A stretch of 62,973 nt of DNA, filler included, from Reticulomyxa filosa (GCA_000512085.1; 13 parts of 13 records of this genome joined end to end with filler, not necessarily neighbours in it); one strand, 5' to 3'. Numbered from the whole stretch's first letter, positions 12,845 through 27,055 are shown. The notes: generated by a model from the letters alone, not told the origin. Numbers and translations: made by a program.

Positions 12845-14348
12845 TTACAACTCCTTGAGGGAACTGTCATCAATACTGACAGTTTCATTACTTTTGGGTA
12901 TATGAGCACCATTATCCTTATGAAATACATCTTCACTTTTTTTTTTTTTTGAATTGAGAATAATCCGAATGCTTAAATTGTCCTTTTTTTGTGTTGAAGT
13001 CTTGGCTTGGGCAGAGATATTGACTGGTTTGTCGAGTTCGCTGTCTGACTCGGGCTCATCAACAATATCAGGCAAGGCGTCAAGATGAAAAGGGGATCGT
13101 TTCTTTTCCAAATGATCACTCATATACCCTTCATTATCATACAATTCCGCATTATATCTTCGTGGAATGACATTATCATCACGGGCGAGTTCATCCAACG
13201 TTTTCCAATCGTAATCATCCACAGTTATGCGATTGCGATTTGTTTTTTCTGTCTCTGTACGCGTATAAGTGTTTGCTCGTATACTAATAGTATCTGTTCC
13301 AATGTATGCATTCACTTGATTGGGGTTCACATTCGACAGTAGCTGTTGGGCTGTGGGCTTCAGTTCATTCCACACTCCACTGCCCTCGCTATGGGACAGA
13401 TACACGTTCCCAGCTTGCAAGTTCAACAAAGATCGAGTGTTTTCACATTTCCCATCGGTCGCGTCCGTCTCTTTCGACAAAGTGTTACTCGCTTTTTGGC
13501 TCAAACATTTTACTAGCTCTTTTGTATCCTTTTTTTTTTTTAAAAAAAAAAATGGTTGTTTGTTGTGTTGGATTTGTTTATTACATAACCCAATTTATAT
13601 ATATACGTACCTGAACATCATTGCAAAATGCAATTTGCAGGACTCCTAGCCAGCGACGTCGACATGTTTCAGAATTTACTGCTGCTTCGATTTGGAGATT
13701 GGAGCACGATACACGTATAGTAAATCTGAGTATCCATGTACAATGATAACATGCCCCCAAAACACAAAACACAGTGTGATAAGAATTTTAATTAAGGGGA
13801 AGACTAAAATGCTAACCCAAAAGAGTATTTTGTATCTCCGCGTTTGCCCCAGTTTTCCCAGACTTGTATTTTTCCAAATGGCAATAAAACGCCTTTGTAA
13901 GAATTGGTATTTGCACGACGACTTTCTGTCCATTCAAAATAGAAACGCTCATTTGATCCCAAAGCATGAAAACAAGAGATACAAGAAACAAAAAAAAAAC
14001 ACATGCATTCACACACACAAGTAATATCTTAACTTTCGAAAAAAAGTCCTTCGTCTGTCAAATTTAGCCGCCAATATCTTTTCAAACAAACAGTACATTT
14101 TTAAAAAATAGTGGTGCTTTAAAGGGGTTTCGCACTTGCAAAAAAAAAAAATCCTCCTAAACTACTAACCTTAATTTCCAGGAAGACTTAAGAGTGAAAA
14201 TTGATTTCCTTTGACAATTTTTTATGTCAACATATCTCGTTTTCAAAAAACCATGCAACAGAATCCCATAAATTTGATGATTATGTACCTCTTCGCTTTG
14301 CTGTTGTGTGGCTGTTCTTGTTGTCTTTGGGTTATCCTCAAAATGCAT
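12845..14348 (-). CDS. Hypothetical spliced protein, possibly with an N-terminal PH-like domain
   Basis: A 219-aa terminal ORF lies at 12845-13504. Upstream exons read LLHGFLKT...SSWKLR and SETCRRRWLGVLQ, which resemble the first strands and terminal helix of a PH domain. Confidence 0.3.
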
Positions 14349-15473
14349 TTCTAATACTTTTTATTGAAGCTTATTTGCCAAACGTTTATATGGGGATCCA
14401 GAAACGTTAAAATTCTTTTCTCTTTTTCTCTTCTTCTTAATCCAATAAAATTGATGTCAAATCAAAAGAGAAAAACTTAAAACTTTCACGAAATAAGTAT
14501 TTGTTCACAATAAAATTTCAGGTCGTTGTCTTCCTATTTTTTTGTAATCCGGTCTTATATGTGTAATGTACTGTCTTCACGGAAGGACGCGTTTTTTTTG
14601 TTTTGTTTTTATTTACGCTAAATGCAAGTAATAAACTCGTAGATGAGAACGACATGACAAAGCAAAAAACACAAAAAGTTCACGATGCGTCTGATATGCT
14701 GTTAAGAGCACGCCGGGACAAGTGTGAAATGAAATAGTTCGTCAGGCGCTACCACTGTTTTCAGCTTATATTTGCAAACTGTTTCACAAATACAGTGCCG
14801 TTTTTAGACGAAAAAATATATATTATCTAGCAGAAACAAATCACTTTTCTATTGACTTATTGCTATTTTTAATATTGAGTGCAAGAGCTATGGATGTGCT
14901 ACACTTTGATCACAATTAACTCCATCAAATAAAACTGCTTGTTCTTTGGCTTCCGACAAAGTACACTGCATATTAGGTTACAAATGGTGAAGTAGTGTTT
15001 TTGTTTGTCTTCAAAATTCTTTTTTGCATTGTAAAGCAAGTGAATAAGTTTCGACCTCCAAGTAAAGCATTTTCGTATTGCACTGTGGTAGTCAGAGCAC
15101 TTTCTACGTGACCACTTTTGTTCTTCTTTGGAAGTCATTCAAATATTTCACCTGCTTTTTTGGTTTAGATTTAGTGAAAATTACATACTGTCAATTTTAG
15201 AGTAATTTAGATCGTTTCCGACGGAAGATTTTTAGTGAAGTACAATTGCGTGTTGTTTTGATTGAATTTTAAAAACCAGTGATATTTCCTTATGTTCAAA
15301 GCAGGATAATACATTTTACATTTTACTTAAGAGAAGAACTCTTTACAGCAAAAGAATAGCACATTCTTTTTTCAACATCACTTGCAAATATAAAATTCAT
15401 ACAGAAGGAGATTGAATTATTTGCAAAGCATGCAATAGACGTACAAAAAACAAACTATTTCAATTTGAGTTAC

Positions 15474-17405
15474 TCAGTCACTATTATCGATGTGCATTTG
15501 ACTATTAAAACGGCTTTCAGACTGCCATTGCATTTTTTCAACAGAAGCGATTTTTTGAGGAATGTAAATATCTCCCAAGTAGCGACTTCCACGGCTGCCT
15601 GCGGACAAGACTTCCAATTCCATCTGTCAAACACAAGATGCGTTGCGGATATGAAGAAGAGAAAAATTGCGAGATATCTAAACTTTCATTTTATATTGTT
15701 CAATTTTTGCCAAATTTTCTTTTACGCTCTTTTCTTCTTTGGCTACACAATAACTTGCCAAAGGTTTAATCTGTCAAAATCCGTTCATTTCCTTTCAGTG
15801 TTGTGTATCTCAAGATTTTTTCTAAAAAAAACAAAACAAACTTTTAGGCGATCAGCTTTGGTGATTGGCAGCATGTGGTCCATCTTAATCTCTGAGAATT
15901 CACAAAGGGTAAGACGAGCTTGTAAATTTTAACAAAACGGCAGCGAAGCTCAAAAAACACGTAACTGTGAGTGTCAATATCACTCCAATCCAAACCTAAA
16001 TATTTCAACTGTGGCATAGCATACAGATATGATTCCACACTTGCAGTGGTACCATACTTGTAGGCAAGGAATATGTCAAGTCCATGAGGATCACAATCTA
16101 CTAGACAGTACATGGGCATCTTTTGACCTTGCATCTGTTCATAAAAACGCCAAATAATGCGTCTAACGGTTAAACTAGGATATCCTTGACCTGTTATTAA
16201 TATACAATTGTTACTGCACCAATCTGACACCTAAATGTTAATCAGTAAGACATTTGTGAACAGTTTTTGTTTAAAGACAAAAAAAGGCAAGTAAAATATA
16301 ATATTAAACTTCACACAATTGTTGAAATACTGCTAATTTTTCAACAATTAGAAGACATTTTATATTTCTGCCAAATTGGAAATCCAAATCATTATTCATC
16401 AATTCGATTGACAAAGGCAAAGCTTTCGTTGATGCATCATGTGTTGGATTACTCTATTTAAAAAAATTATTTTGTAAAATGGTTATTGTTATTTTTTGCT
16501 TGCTTGAAATTTCAATGAATGTCAATGTACATTTGTTGCCGGATCTGAAAGGTTTTGGTACCACTTTACGTCTCCTTTTATGAATCCACGAGGTTGTGCA
16601 ATCACTCCCAAAACGTGCCGAGGAACTCGCAGCACACTGCAGATAACTATTGTTCATACAAGTGTGCACGCGTTGTTTTTTCTATGTGTGCATACTTCTT
16701 CACTCTTACCTTGAACCATGTCATTGCATTCACTTTGACTCGGAAAATGCTCACACACTTGATAGTAGATTTCCTTTTCACCACCAATAAAAAAAAAGAG
16801 ATAAGAATTTGTCACCCAATCAAAATTGAAAAGACACTATTTATTCCTCATTACTTACGCGAGGAGTAATACTTAGGTTTCCATTTGATTCCAGCAAAAC
16901 TTTGTCATGAATGAGTGACAAAACAGTCCAAAACTTGGCATGAAACTCTGCATTTCTCCTGTTGATCGGACAACAAATTTAGTCTTGGAAAACAGAAATG
17001 CAAGTATAAAGATAACACAGAAACCTGTTCAAAGGGCGAATTTTTGGTGTATTATTCAGTCGAACGGCTCCAGTTTGTGGATCCTTAAATGTATTACTTC
17101 GAAGACGCGGTATCTATTTAGTTTTTCGTTTTACACTTAAGATTCCAAGTTTAGTACTTTGGTAGAAACAGAACAATTGAAAGGGTTGGTAGTTCTTCAT
17201 TAAGGAGGCTCTTCACATAATTCTCCACCAAATTTTGAATTCTTTGCTTGATCTCATTGTTTGACAGGAATTCCACTTCCACTCCTTTTCGTTTCTTGTT
17301 AGACAACGTACCATTTTCATAACTTCCACTTTCAGTGTCACTTTCACTATCATCACTGTTTCTCATTTCATACTTTGGCTGTTTTTCTTCATCTGATGAC
17401 GTCAT
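15474..17405 (-). CDS. SPO11: SPO11 / topoisomerase VI subunit A family protein (multi-exon)
   Basis: Splicing reconstructs ITPR|EIYY (catalytic Tyr motif). Also present: LRVPRHVLGVIAQPRG, Toprim LLIVEKLAVF, LITGQGYP, LVDCDPHG (DxD), YKYG and C-terminal MELEVL...YIPQKI. Confidence 0.93.
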
Positions 17406-17967
17406 GGTAGTAGCACACTTTTGCAACAATTGAGATAATTCTTGGTGACAACACAATCGTTGAAGACCTTTTTGTTTAAAAACTCAATAATATTTTGATG
17501 AAAATTTATAACTGACATCTTTTTTAACCATGGTTATTGCATTTGATTCATTCCTATTTAGTGATATCTCGGTATTGGTCATTTATTCTCATTTTCATTA
17601 CAGGAACAAATACTGTACTGTATTTTCAAATTACAAAACACAAATAACATCAAATTACATCCAATTGAGTAATGGTTCATATATTTATCCATTAATCTTG
17701 TTTTTGTTTATTGAAATTTTCATTTAGCAAGAGCTGAATTTCAAAAGGATCCAATTTAACAAAAAAATCATTATCGACGGCAAAATAAAAAATGGGCAAA
17801 GCATCAGCTGCTGGCCGTCTCGCAAGAATAGGTTTTTTTTTTCGTTTTTCCTCCATAAAAAAGTTTGNNNNNNNNNNNNNNNNNNNNNNNNNNNNNNNNN
17901 NNNNNNNNNNNTTAATTAATTAANNNNNNNNNNNNNNNNNNNNNNNNNNNNNNNNNNNNNNNNNNNN

Positions 17968-19000
17968 ATACGACTCAAAGATTTTGCACAATGTGATGCA
18001 TTGACATTCGCAAGATATTCGCAGCATTGGTTACAGCTTTTTTTTTTCCCCCCCCATAAAAAACTTTCGTTGAACATTTCGTTCCAATTTACGTATACGT
18101 TTTCCCCCCCCTCCTCAAAAAAAAAAAAAAAAAGTAACATGTAACCTCGAAAATCCATAAAAGGGGACAACTCATGACATCCGCGCATTTGCTCGAGCCA
18201 ACACTCTCTTAAAACCCTTGCGCACGTTTGATTTTGATCAAGAATGTAAAAACGCGTTGGTATTGTTTCATCACATTGTCATGGAACAAAATGTTGATCG
18301 GCAAATCAACCACGTAATTCAGTGTCAACACATCCCACCCCATCTCTCCGGATGAACTCTATGTGTAGGCCAACATATAATGCACCCATTGAATAAACTT
18401 TGATTTGTTCACGGGTATTATATTACATATATACATGTATACATATATATATATATATGTATATATGTATATATGGCATATATGCATATATGTATATTAA
18501 GTAATAATACTGGCAATAATCGAATTTGCAATCGTTGTTTGACGCGTTTTCATCAAATTGAGCATTGCTGTTGATAATAGCGCTTTCCAATTTGCTTTGA
18601 ATGAGATGGGTTTTAATGAGCGAGGCGTGTTGATTCAAATCCTTACGAATGTCTTGCAGCAATTGCAAGATGAAATCGCCCTGCGCCAGCAACAGATACT
18701 TTTTCAAAGCGAAGGCGTGGTTCATGATCTGAAACTTTTCCAGCATTAGTTTCATCAAGTGGCTGTTGGTGACGCTGCTCAACTTTTGGATCTTGCCTTC
18801 GAACACATTCATATCGCTGAATTTCATCTTCTCGTAATCCAGCAGCAACGTATCCGAAGATGATATCATCGGAACGTAGTCGTGGTCTTGGCAGCACACA
18901 CGAATGAAATTTAAATTGCGACCAATGCAATAAATTTGTTTTGCCAATGGCTTGCGAATAAAGATTGGAATGTATTTTTTCACCAAACGATATTTCCTTC

Positions 19001-19003
<3 letters not shown>
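17968..19003 (-). CDS. TUBGCP3: Gamma-tubulin complex component (GCP3/Spc98-like), internal fragment
   Basis: IYCIGRNLNFIRVCC, ALKKYLLLAQGDFI, LESAIINSNAQFD and GWDVLTLNYVVDLPINILF...YQRVFTFL match the GCP C-terminal (GRIP2) region. Confidence 0.85.
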
Positions 19004-19042
<39 letters not shown>

Positions 19043-19142
19043 NNNNNNNNNNNNNNNNNNNNNNNNNNNNNNNNNNNNNNNNNNNNTTAATTAATTAANN
19101 NNNNNNNNNNNNNNNNNNNNNNNNNNNNNNNNNNNNNNNNNN

Positions 19143-19549
19143 TTGTTTAACTTATTTATTTCATTGTCATTTTTGTCATCACTCCAAATACTTACATATT
19201 TCATCACCAATGTATGTTTAAATACTCCACCAAAAGATAACAAAGTGATTTGATTGTCATCTTTGTTGTTGTTATTATTGTTATCTATTAGTTTCACTAC
19301 ACAGTGTCCATTTAATTCAACATTACTTGGATACTCACAGATAAACTAGTATTCGTTTTTAAGTATATGATAAGAATAACAAGCTTTTTGTTCAGTACCT
19401 CCACAAATAAGGATTTCGTGTTTGTGTAGCACACATTGGGATTCAACAAGTGGAGTAGGTAAAGCCTTCAAATTTTGGAAGTGGTTAATAAGATATTGGC
19501 TTTGTTTAGTTTTTCTTTGAGGTTTTTGTGTTGTAGTTCGATTACCCAT
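19143..19549 (-). pseudogene. Kelch-repeat family pseudogene fragment
   Basis: FQNLKALPTPLVESQCVLHKHEILICGG...CYSYHILKNEY*FICEYPSNVELNGHCVVKL...TLLSFGG contains an in-frame TAG at 19346-19348 in an otherwise continuous frame. Confidence 0.75.
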
Positions 19550-20522
19550 GTTGTTGAAATTTTTTTTGAAAAAAAGGGGATGTGACTTGACCCTGTTGAA
19601 AAAAACAAAAGATATTATATATTTTTTATTTGGTTAATGAAACAAAAAATACACATAATTGAATAAAAGGACTAATCAGTCACATCTCTTTGAAACGTAA
19701 ACAACAAATATTCAATTATTGAATCAAGAATGTTCCACAAACTGTCATACAGAAGCATACAACAAAAAGATTTTTAAAGATAAAAGAATTGAATTAGATG
19801 AAATATCGAAATGGAAAGAATTAAATAAAAAAGCATATAAAATGATCAATAATGGCCAATAAGTAATTCTTGTATAGTGGAAAAGATCAACTGAACCTAA
19901 TTTTTTTTTTACTGTCTATCGCTAAAACATTACTTTCTTATCAATCATATATCAAGATTTGATTTTATTTGTTTGATAAATACAATTGCAGTCAAAAGTG
20001 TTGAGATGTTGCGAATTTTCATTCGTTTTTTTACTTAAATGCAAATATCTATAATGAGAAAATATAATTTTCTGAAAATTGATAGGAGTTATATCTTACA
20101 TTTATGCTATAGAAATATGTAATTTTTTGATTTTTCAGATTGATCATTTAAACGTCTTGATGATTGTTGTCAGTCATTCTAAAATCTGATGCGTCACATT
20201 TCAAAACGTCTTTTTTTGTGTCACACTATTATTGGCTTTGAGTGCTCATCCAATTCCTTTAGAAGACTTTCCATGGCCAAAGAAGAAAGTGCCATTTCAT
20301 AAAGATTTTTTTGAAAAAGAACTTGCTAGAACACTTTTTGTTCTTGGTAAAAACTCCAAACTATGCATGAAACCATTTTTGATTAATTTTTTTGATTTGA
20401 TTGCTANNNNNNNNNNNNNNNNNNNNNNNNNNNNNNNNNNNNNNNNNNNNTTAATTAATTAANNNNNNNNNNNNNNNNNNNNNNNNNNNNNNNNNNNNNN
20501 NNNNNNTTTTTTTTTTTTTTTA

Positions 20523-21815
20523 AGTTTGGAAAAGACACCAACCGATTGAATGCAGAAAGCGAAGGACATGAAAAAGAATTGGCTGCGTTGAGAAGTCAAA
20601 TTGAAAGTGAAAAAGAAAAGTCTCAACAGCAATTGGAAAAAGTATGCACAAATAACAATTTGATTGAAAACAATCGTTACAATTATTTACAATACAAAAT
20701 TTATATAATTAAAAAAAAAAAAAGTTAATAGAGTCCAAACAACGATGGGAACAGGAAATGAAAGCGAAAGAAAACGAATTGGCGGAATTGGATAGATCGC
20801 TGCGACAACAACTAAGTGCAAAAGAATTGGAATTGCAAAACGCATTAAAAGAACTCGAACAGGCGAGAATGCAAAATGCAAGCCACGAACAAAAACACAC
20901 GGAACTGCAGGAGCAAATCCAAACGATGAAAGACCAAACGCGTGAGCTGGAAAATACCATTACGATCCAGGACGAGGAGATCAGCGGATACAAGGACGAC
21001 GCCCAGAAAAAACAAGAATTGAATTTGGAGTTGGAGAAGAAGTTGTCGGAACAATCCAACACATTGAACGAGCGCATTAAAGACATGCAAAATGAAAAAG
21101 GCCAAATGTTAATGGCGTTGAAATTGGCCAAAGATCAGCTTGGAATGAAAGATGAGGAAATTAAAAAGTTGAAGCAATTGCTGGAGCAATCGCGACGAGA
21201 CTCGGAAAAGTATAAAAAAGAGCATGAGGAATATCTCAATAGGCCAAGAGAAGAAAAGTCGATTCAAACCGATGTCGTTGGTCAGTGGTTCGAAGATGTT
21301 TCGTTTTATATATATATATATATATATATGTATATGTACATATATGTATATACATATGGTGTATACATAAATTTGATTTCATATAAAGCAGTCCCAATGG
21401 GATACTATGTGTCATGTATACGTTTGTGGTGACAGAACTCACTGAAAGTAGCTGATTTAGAACGACTCCGCGGCGAAACGGAACGGCTGACAAGCGAACT
21501 CGCCTTTGCTGATACCAAAGTACGAGGACTGACGGATGAAACCAAAGTGCTGGTCAATGAAATCGAATATTTAATAAAGCAAGCGGCCAAGTTTAAACCC
21601 GACTCGTCCAACCACACCGGTGGGGTCCTCAACTTGTGCGCGTCGCCGAATAAATTCATGTATGCCACCTCCGCGACCGATAGGTCTGTGCGTTTGTGGA
21701 AAGTGAACCCCGAGGCTGATGGAAAAGAAGAAAAAGTCATCCAGGTGTATGCATCGTCGCACTTGGAAAGACAAGCACCAGCATTGGCCTTTTCAAAAGA
21801 TGGTTTGTGTTGGGT
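20523..21815 (+). CDS. Coiled-coil + WD40 repeat protein, internal fragment
   Basis: Long E/K/Q/L heptad-rich exons are followed by the WD40 repeat HTGGVLNLCASPNKFMYATSATDRSVRLWKV. Confidence 0.75.
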
Positions 21816-21966
21816 GAGTGATTTTTTTTTTTTTNNNNNNNNNNNNNNNNNNNNNNNNNNNNNNNNNNNNNNNNNNNNTTAATTAATTAANNNNNNNNNN
21901 NNNNNNNNNNNNNNNNNNNNNNNNNNNNNNNNNNTATATGTATATATAGTTTGTAAACCTCTGTGT

Positions 21967-23097
21967 TTATCTTAAATAAAGTACCTGTTTTTTTTTTTTT
22001 TTTTTAACATTGGAAAAACGGAGGAAGATTGTATCGACCCCCATCAAAGCGCACACAATTGCGTCGAATGCACTCATGTCCTCCACGCTTTGCTCGCGTA
22101 GCGTTTCTTCCACAGCCTTGCAACGCTGCAGCATTTGCAATTGGCTTTGCTTCGCACGCTCTTTCGCTTCCATGCTTTTGTCGCTGTCTTTGTCCTCTTC
22201 GTCCGTTCGCGACAGCGACGCATTCGCGCCGCCATCCATTCCCGGGGACGACGTATACGCATCCAATTCCTCTTTCCTTTCTTGCGACTGCTCTTCCGAC
22301 CAATTCGATAGGTTGTCGTCACTGTCGAGTTCATTTTCCCACTTTCCATTCGTTTACATACACATTCATATAATGATAATTAATTATATATATATAATAT
22401 GTATACATATATATATAATATAGAGCCACACTTTCTCTTTGTTAGTATACGTATAACTTGATGGAGTTCCTGTGCAAGATGAGAGTCCAACACATGCGTT
22501 AATTCTTTCACTTCTGATTGATTTGTCCGATTTTGGGTACGCTTTTGTCGAGACTCTATAGTGCCGCTCCAAATGTCTGGCATATCTCGAAACAATACAT
22601 CGCTATGTAGTAATGGATGGCTTGCCAAAGACAGTAGTAAACGAATGGGACTGTAAAATGGATCCTTGCATGTTAAACATCATTTATTATTTTTTTTTAT
22701 ATATATATATATATTATATATACATATATATATACACGTATATATAATAATAGGTTACCTTATTCACAATAACACTTGGAATGCATTGCTCATAGTGACT
22801 GAAACAACTCTCCAATGCGTTTGCTTTGTCGTGTTGTGAATGAAGTTCAAATTTTTCAATTACTCTATGTTAAAGAGGAAGTTTTGTTTTGGAATCACTT
22901 TTTTTTTTTTTCTTCTCCTCTCTTGCTCACCCATGCATTTCCTTTTGGATTGGTTCCAGCGGGGTTGAAAAAATATTATGCTTGCTAAGCAGGCTTTTTG
23001 CCTGTTCCCAGAGCACATGTTGCCTTTCAAGTGGAAGATCGCTGCAAATTGATCGAATCAGATCTTCTAACAACTTTTGTTGTTCATTTTGATTCAT
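21967..23097 (-). CDS. TUBGCP5: Probable gamma-tubulin complex component 5 (GCP5) N-terminal part; truncated by contig end
   Basis: Spliced exons give LLEDLIRSIC...IEKFELHSQHDKANAL...DPFYSPIRLLLSLASHP. This resembles the GCP5 N-terminus as I recall it (EKFxxHSxxxKA...HYSILSLLLCLSDSP). Confidence 0.5.
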
Positions 23098-23793
23098 TTC
23101 TAATTATTTGCAATGTTTCTTAGCGAAAGGGGCAATGCTGCACACGCTTTTTTAAACCTAAAAAGTCGCTGTTTTAAGAAAGCAGATATATGCCCCACAA
23201 CCACACGAGTGGCCCACAGAATGAGAACAAAAGTGTACTGTAGAGTAAGAACGGAATTATTGGATTTGTTTTAAAACTATCCTCACACTTGTTTTATGAA
23301 TATCGAATAAATAAAAATTCTGTAGTTTTTAAAACTGCCACGAAGAACTTCGTTTTCAAAAATGGATTTTTTATCCTTCCCGGTTTTTTAGTTTCTTCGG
23401 AAAACATTCTTTGGATTTTTTGTAAGGGGGAAAAACTTTTTTTGGGAAGCTTTTGTTTGTTTTATGGTTTGAAATTGCCTGCCATTTTGGATTATAACAC
23501 CAATAGCGTCACAATCGAATTTTTTGGGTTGAATCATCAGTTGATAATGCACGAAATCACTGCTGTTTTTTGGGGAGGGGGAAGGGAACGGGAATAAAAA
23601 ACAGGGGGAAAAGGGGGAAGGGGAGGAAAAAACTCCAGTTCATACTGAAATAACAATGCAAAAATGGCCCTTTTTTTTTTTGTTTGTGATTTTTTTTTCT
23701 ACTTTTTTTTTTTTTTGAAATTAAAATTGAACCGAAGAAAAAAAGTATGTGGGGGGGAAAAAACAATAAAGGTGGGGACAGCGTACATCGGAA

Positions 23794-24133
23794 ATGAGTG
23801 AATTAGTAGCAAAATCATACATGAATGGTAACGGTTTGTCATCGTCATCAACACCATCATTACATAGTCATCACCACAATAATACGAAGACAAAAGCGTC
23901 ACAAACGAGTATCCCTATTCTGACAGATAACGAATATCCACCGAATTTGATAATTTCTTCATCGACGTATACATTTTCCACGTCGATGCAAGCGCCATCA
24001 ATCTGCACAGTCTTTTCGACAGCATCAACGACGATACCTACAACATCGTTGTCCGGTCATAAGAAAAGCAATAAAACCAATCATAATGAGATAGTATTGA
24101 ATAAGTGTGCAGCCACTGCATCAACGACATGTG

Positions 24134-24173
<40 letters not shown>

Positions 24174-26005
24174 TTGCAATAATGGTAACAATAGTAATGG
24201 CGGTATGGAAGATACCTGTGCAGTATTGCACAGGTCATCTCACTCTCTTGACACACAACGCTTTCTTAGCCACAGCACTAGCCCAACTGACAGTGACAAT
24301 GAAAAATATTCCAATCAAGTCCTTCCAACCGGACTACAAGTGTGCGATTCTATCTCCACAAACACGAGCAATTCATCCATTAGCTCGACACAAACAATTA
24401 TCTTTCCTCCTTCTTCCTCCGCGTCTCCTTCATCTCCTCCTACCCCTCCTTCCTCTTCTTCTGCCGCTTTTTGCATTACGAGTGCTATCCCGAAAAAAAT
24501 GGACGCTTCGTGCCGCGGACCAACCGCAAGTTTGCAGAAATCAATGGTCGCGGACATGGGCATGGGCATAAGTATGGGCATGGGCATGGGCCTGGGTGGT
24601 ATGAATATAGGCGGTATGAACATGAACATGGGCATGGGTATGAGTATGGGCATTGGCATGGGTATGGTCAATGCAAATGCAAGTATGGCCATGCCAAATG
24701 AGCAACTGATGCCAATGCCTGCTTACACTGGTGACTACCATCATAACAGCATTGCACCAAAGTCGCAGCCAATCACAAAGCAGTTGGCAGATACTGGGAA
24801 CAAAATGGGCCATGAGTGTAATACGATTGTACACAAATCCAACCAATCAAATTCTGTTTTTGTTCCAACTACTGGTCCTTCTACTACTACTACTACTACT
24901 ACTACTGGTTCTTCTTCTTCTTCTTCTTCTTCGAACGCTATGAATACACTCAAGATCTGTTTGCCCGAGCAATTGCAACACATCCCACAACTTTCAATGG
25001 CTTGTTTGAAACTACAACAAAGTCGTAACAATGACAACTTTTCAAACCTTGCGCTTTCTCATTTGGAAAACAACGCTTCGTCCATCAACAAAGCCGAAAA
25101 CGTCGGTCCTTCTTTCTCACAGCCTATCATCAACTCTGCCACTGTTCTCAGTGGGAATCCATCGACTTTTCCTGCTGTTTTCCCACTTTCCTTGTTTGTT
25201 TATTTTTTTTTTTTTTTTAGTGTCCATGATTAAAAACATATTTTTATTATGTATATAATATATATGTGTATATGCATATATACGTAAGACTTAGAGTTAC
25301 TTCTAATTTATTTTAAATTGCATTACAAAAAAATTGAATGCAATACACAGGGATGTAAAAAAGATAAAACTTGACAGCAGCAATGCCCATTTCTCATTGA
25401 ACTTGCCAACATTGGATTTGCCTTGCTTGACAAACTCACTCGCAAATGGACCTACACCCAACAAGTGCCAGAGTGAACCGAACACCGCAATGGTGAACAA
25501 CAATTCGCGTTGTGCCTCTGTCGCTACTGGGACTTCGGGAGCGCCGTTTTCGAATTTGGCGAAAAACACGTGTTCCATGGTTGCCATGCCGTCCAAAAAA
25601 TCAGTGTTGGAAAAGAGAACATGTGATAGCAACGTGATGTGTATTGGACATAAGAGAACGCATTCCATGGCTTTTGGTGAAGATTCGTGCCATATTACGC
25701 ACTTGGTTCATGGCAGTCAATCACAAACCCAATTGCAGTTGCAACTACAATTACAATCTCAATCTCAGTCGCAATCACAATCACAATCGCAATCACAGTC
25801 ACAACCACAGTCACAATCACAGTCACAATCACAGTCACAACCACAATCACAATCACAAGTAAAGTTGCACTCGCAAATACAAGCACAGGCAGGTGATGAT
25901 GCGAAATCAATTGAAAGTGACATAAAATCGCTGGAATATCAACGTTGCTGTTCACAGATTATCCTTGAACTGAACAATAACAACAATAATAATAATAATA
26001 ATAAT
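23794..26005 (+). CDS. Large low-complexity protein (poly-N, S/T-rich, (GM)n, (SQ)n), 3' truncated
   Basis: ORFs of 479 aa and 239 aa are separated by an AT-rich intron. No folded domain was recognised. Confidence 0.6.
24557..24667 (+). repeat. Coding ATGGGN hexamer repeat, (MG)n
   Basis: The sequence atgggcatgggcataagtatgggc... is directly visible. Confidence 0.85.
25749..25858 (+). repeat. Coding TCACAA/TCACAG hexamer repeat, (SQ)n
   Basis: Tandem caatca/cagtca units are directly visible. Confidence 0.9.
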
Positions 26006-26105
26006 NNNNNNNNNNNNNNNNNNNNNNNNNNNNNNNNNNNNNNNNNNNNTTAATTAATTAANNNNNNNNNNNNNNNNNNNNNNNNNNNNNNNNNNNNNNN
26101 NNNNN

Positions 26106-26252
26106 TATATTATCAAAGAAGATGATAAAATAGAAAATGAAATTTATTGTCTAAAATTTATATTATTAAAAAAGAAAAAAAATAACAATGATCGTGGTGG
26201 TGTTCATTTATATTATGGTTCAAGAAATGGTTCAATTCGTGTTTGGGGCTGA
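26106..26252 (+). pseudogene. 3' end of a WD40-repeat gene or pseudogene
   Basis: It reads ...HLYYGSRNGSIRVWG*, a terminal WD40 blade. Confidence 0.5.
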
Positions 26253-26468
26253 ATATTTATGAATGAAATTTTATTTTAAATTTAAATTTGAATTGATAAT
26301 ATTAAATTTTTTTATTTTGCTTTTTTTTAATCGATTTATCATGCAAGAAGCGTGTAAATACGTTTTTGTTGAAAAAAAATTTCAAATGAATTACTTATTA
26401 CTTGTTATAAAAGGCATGTTCTTCTTTGTTGTGTCTTGATTTTCCACTCCAGTTTCTCTTAAGCAATC

Positions 26469-27055
26469 GTGAACCGACCAGGACAATGTAAACACTTTAT
26501 CTGTTTAATTTGCAAACAAGTTGCTAATTACCTCTTTGAAATCCATTGTCAAGAACACAAAGATATTGGTGAATCATTTCTTGTTGGAGAAAGTTGTTTA
26601 AAGCAATTTTTGGATGCTAATTCAAATTCATGTCCTATTCAACATCATACAAATTACATATATTATCGGAGTGATGAATCTGAAGTAACGTGTCCACTAC
26701 AATTTCGACAAGATTTACAACAGAAAAATGAAGAATTGACTTGTAACTTTAAAGGAAAAGTCAAAGATTTAGATACTCATTTAAACAATGTTTGTCCTTT
26801 GAAGATGTTGGATTGTTAGTATAAACCATTTGGATGTGACCATAAACAAATTACACTCACTTGTGTTTTGAAGTAAAGTTTCATTTTGATTTGGTTGTTA
26901 CATTTGTTGAAACATTACAAGTTCAGTTCTTTCTTTTTTAAAAAAAAGTTTTATATTCAAGAGAAAAAAAAAACGAATAAAAATACAATTGAACAAAAAA
27001 TAAGAACGAAAATATTACGTTGAAGAAAGAGCTTTCGGAAAAAGACAAGCGGTGA
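26469..27055 (+). pseudogene. RING-like/TRAF-type zinc finger + coiled-coil pseudogene
   Basis: FICLICKQVAN...C...H...GESCLKQFL...CPIQHH...CNFKGKVKDLDTHLNNVCPL...C*YKPFGCDH has an in-frame TAG, internal deletions and no intact start. Confidence 0.7.

Noticed and set aside
15474-23097. Apparent cluster of SPO11, GCP3 and GCP5 as a meiosis/spindle locus
   Set aside because: The genes lie on different contigs separated by linkers, so the adjacency is arbitrary.
9506-26819. In-frame TAG/TGA codons as evidence of stop-codon reassignment
   Set aside because: They replace different residues (E, K, W, G) and occur only in decayed sequences. Conserved genes such as PIG-C have uninterrupted exons and end in standard stops.
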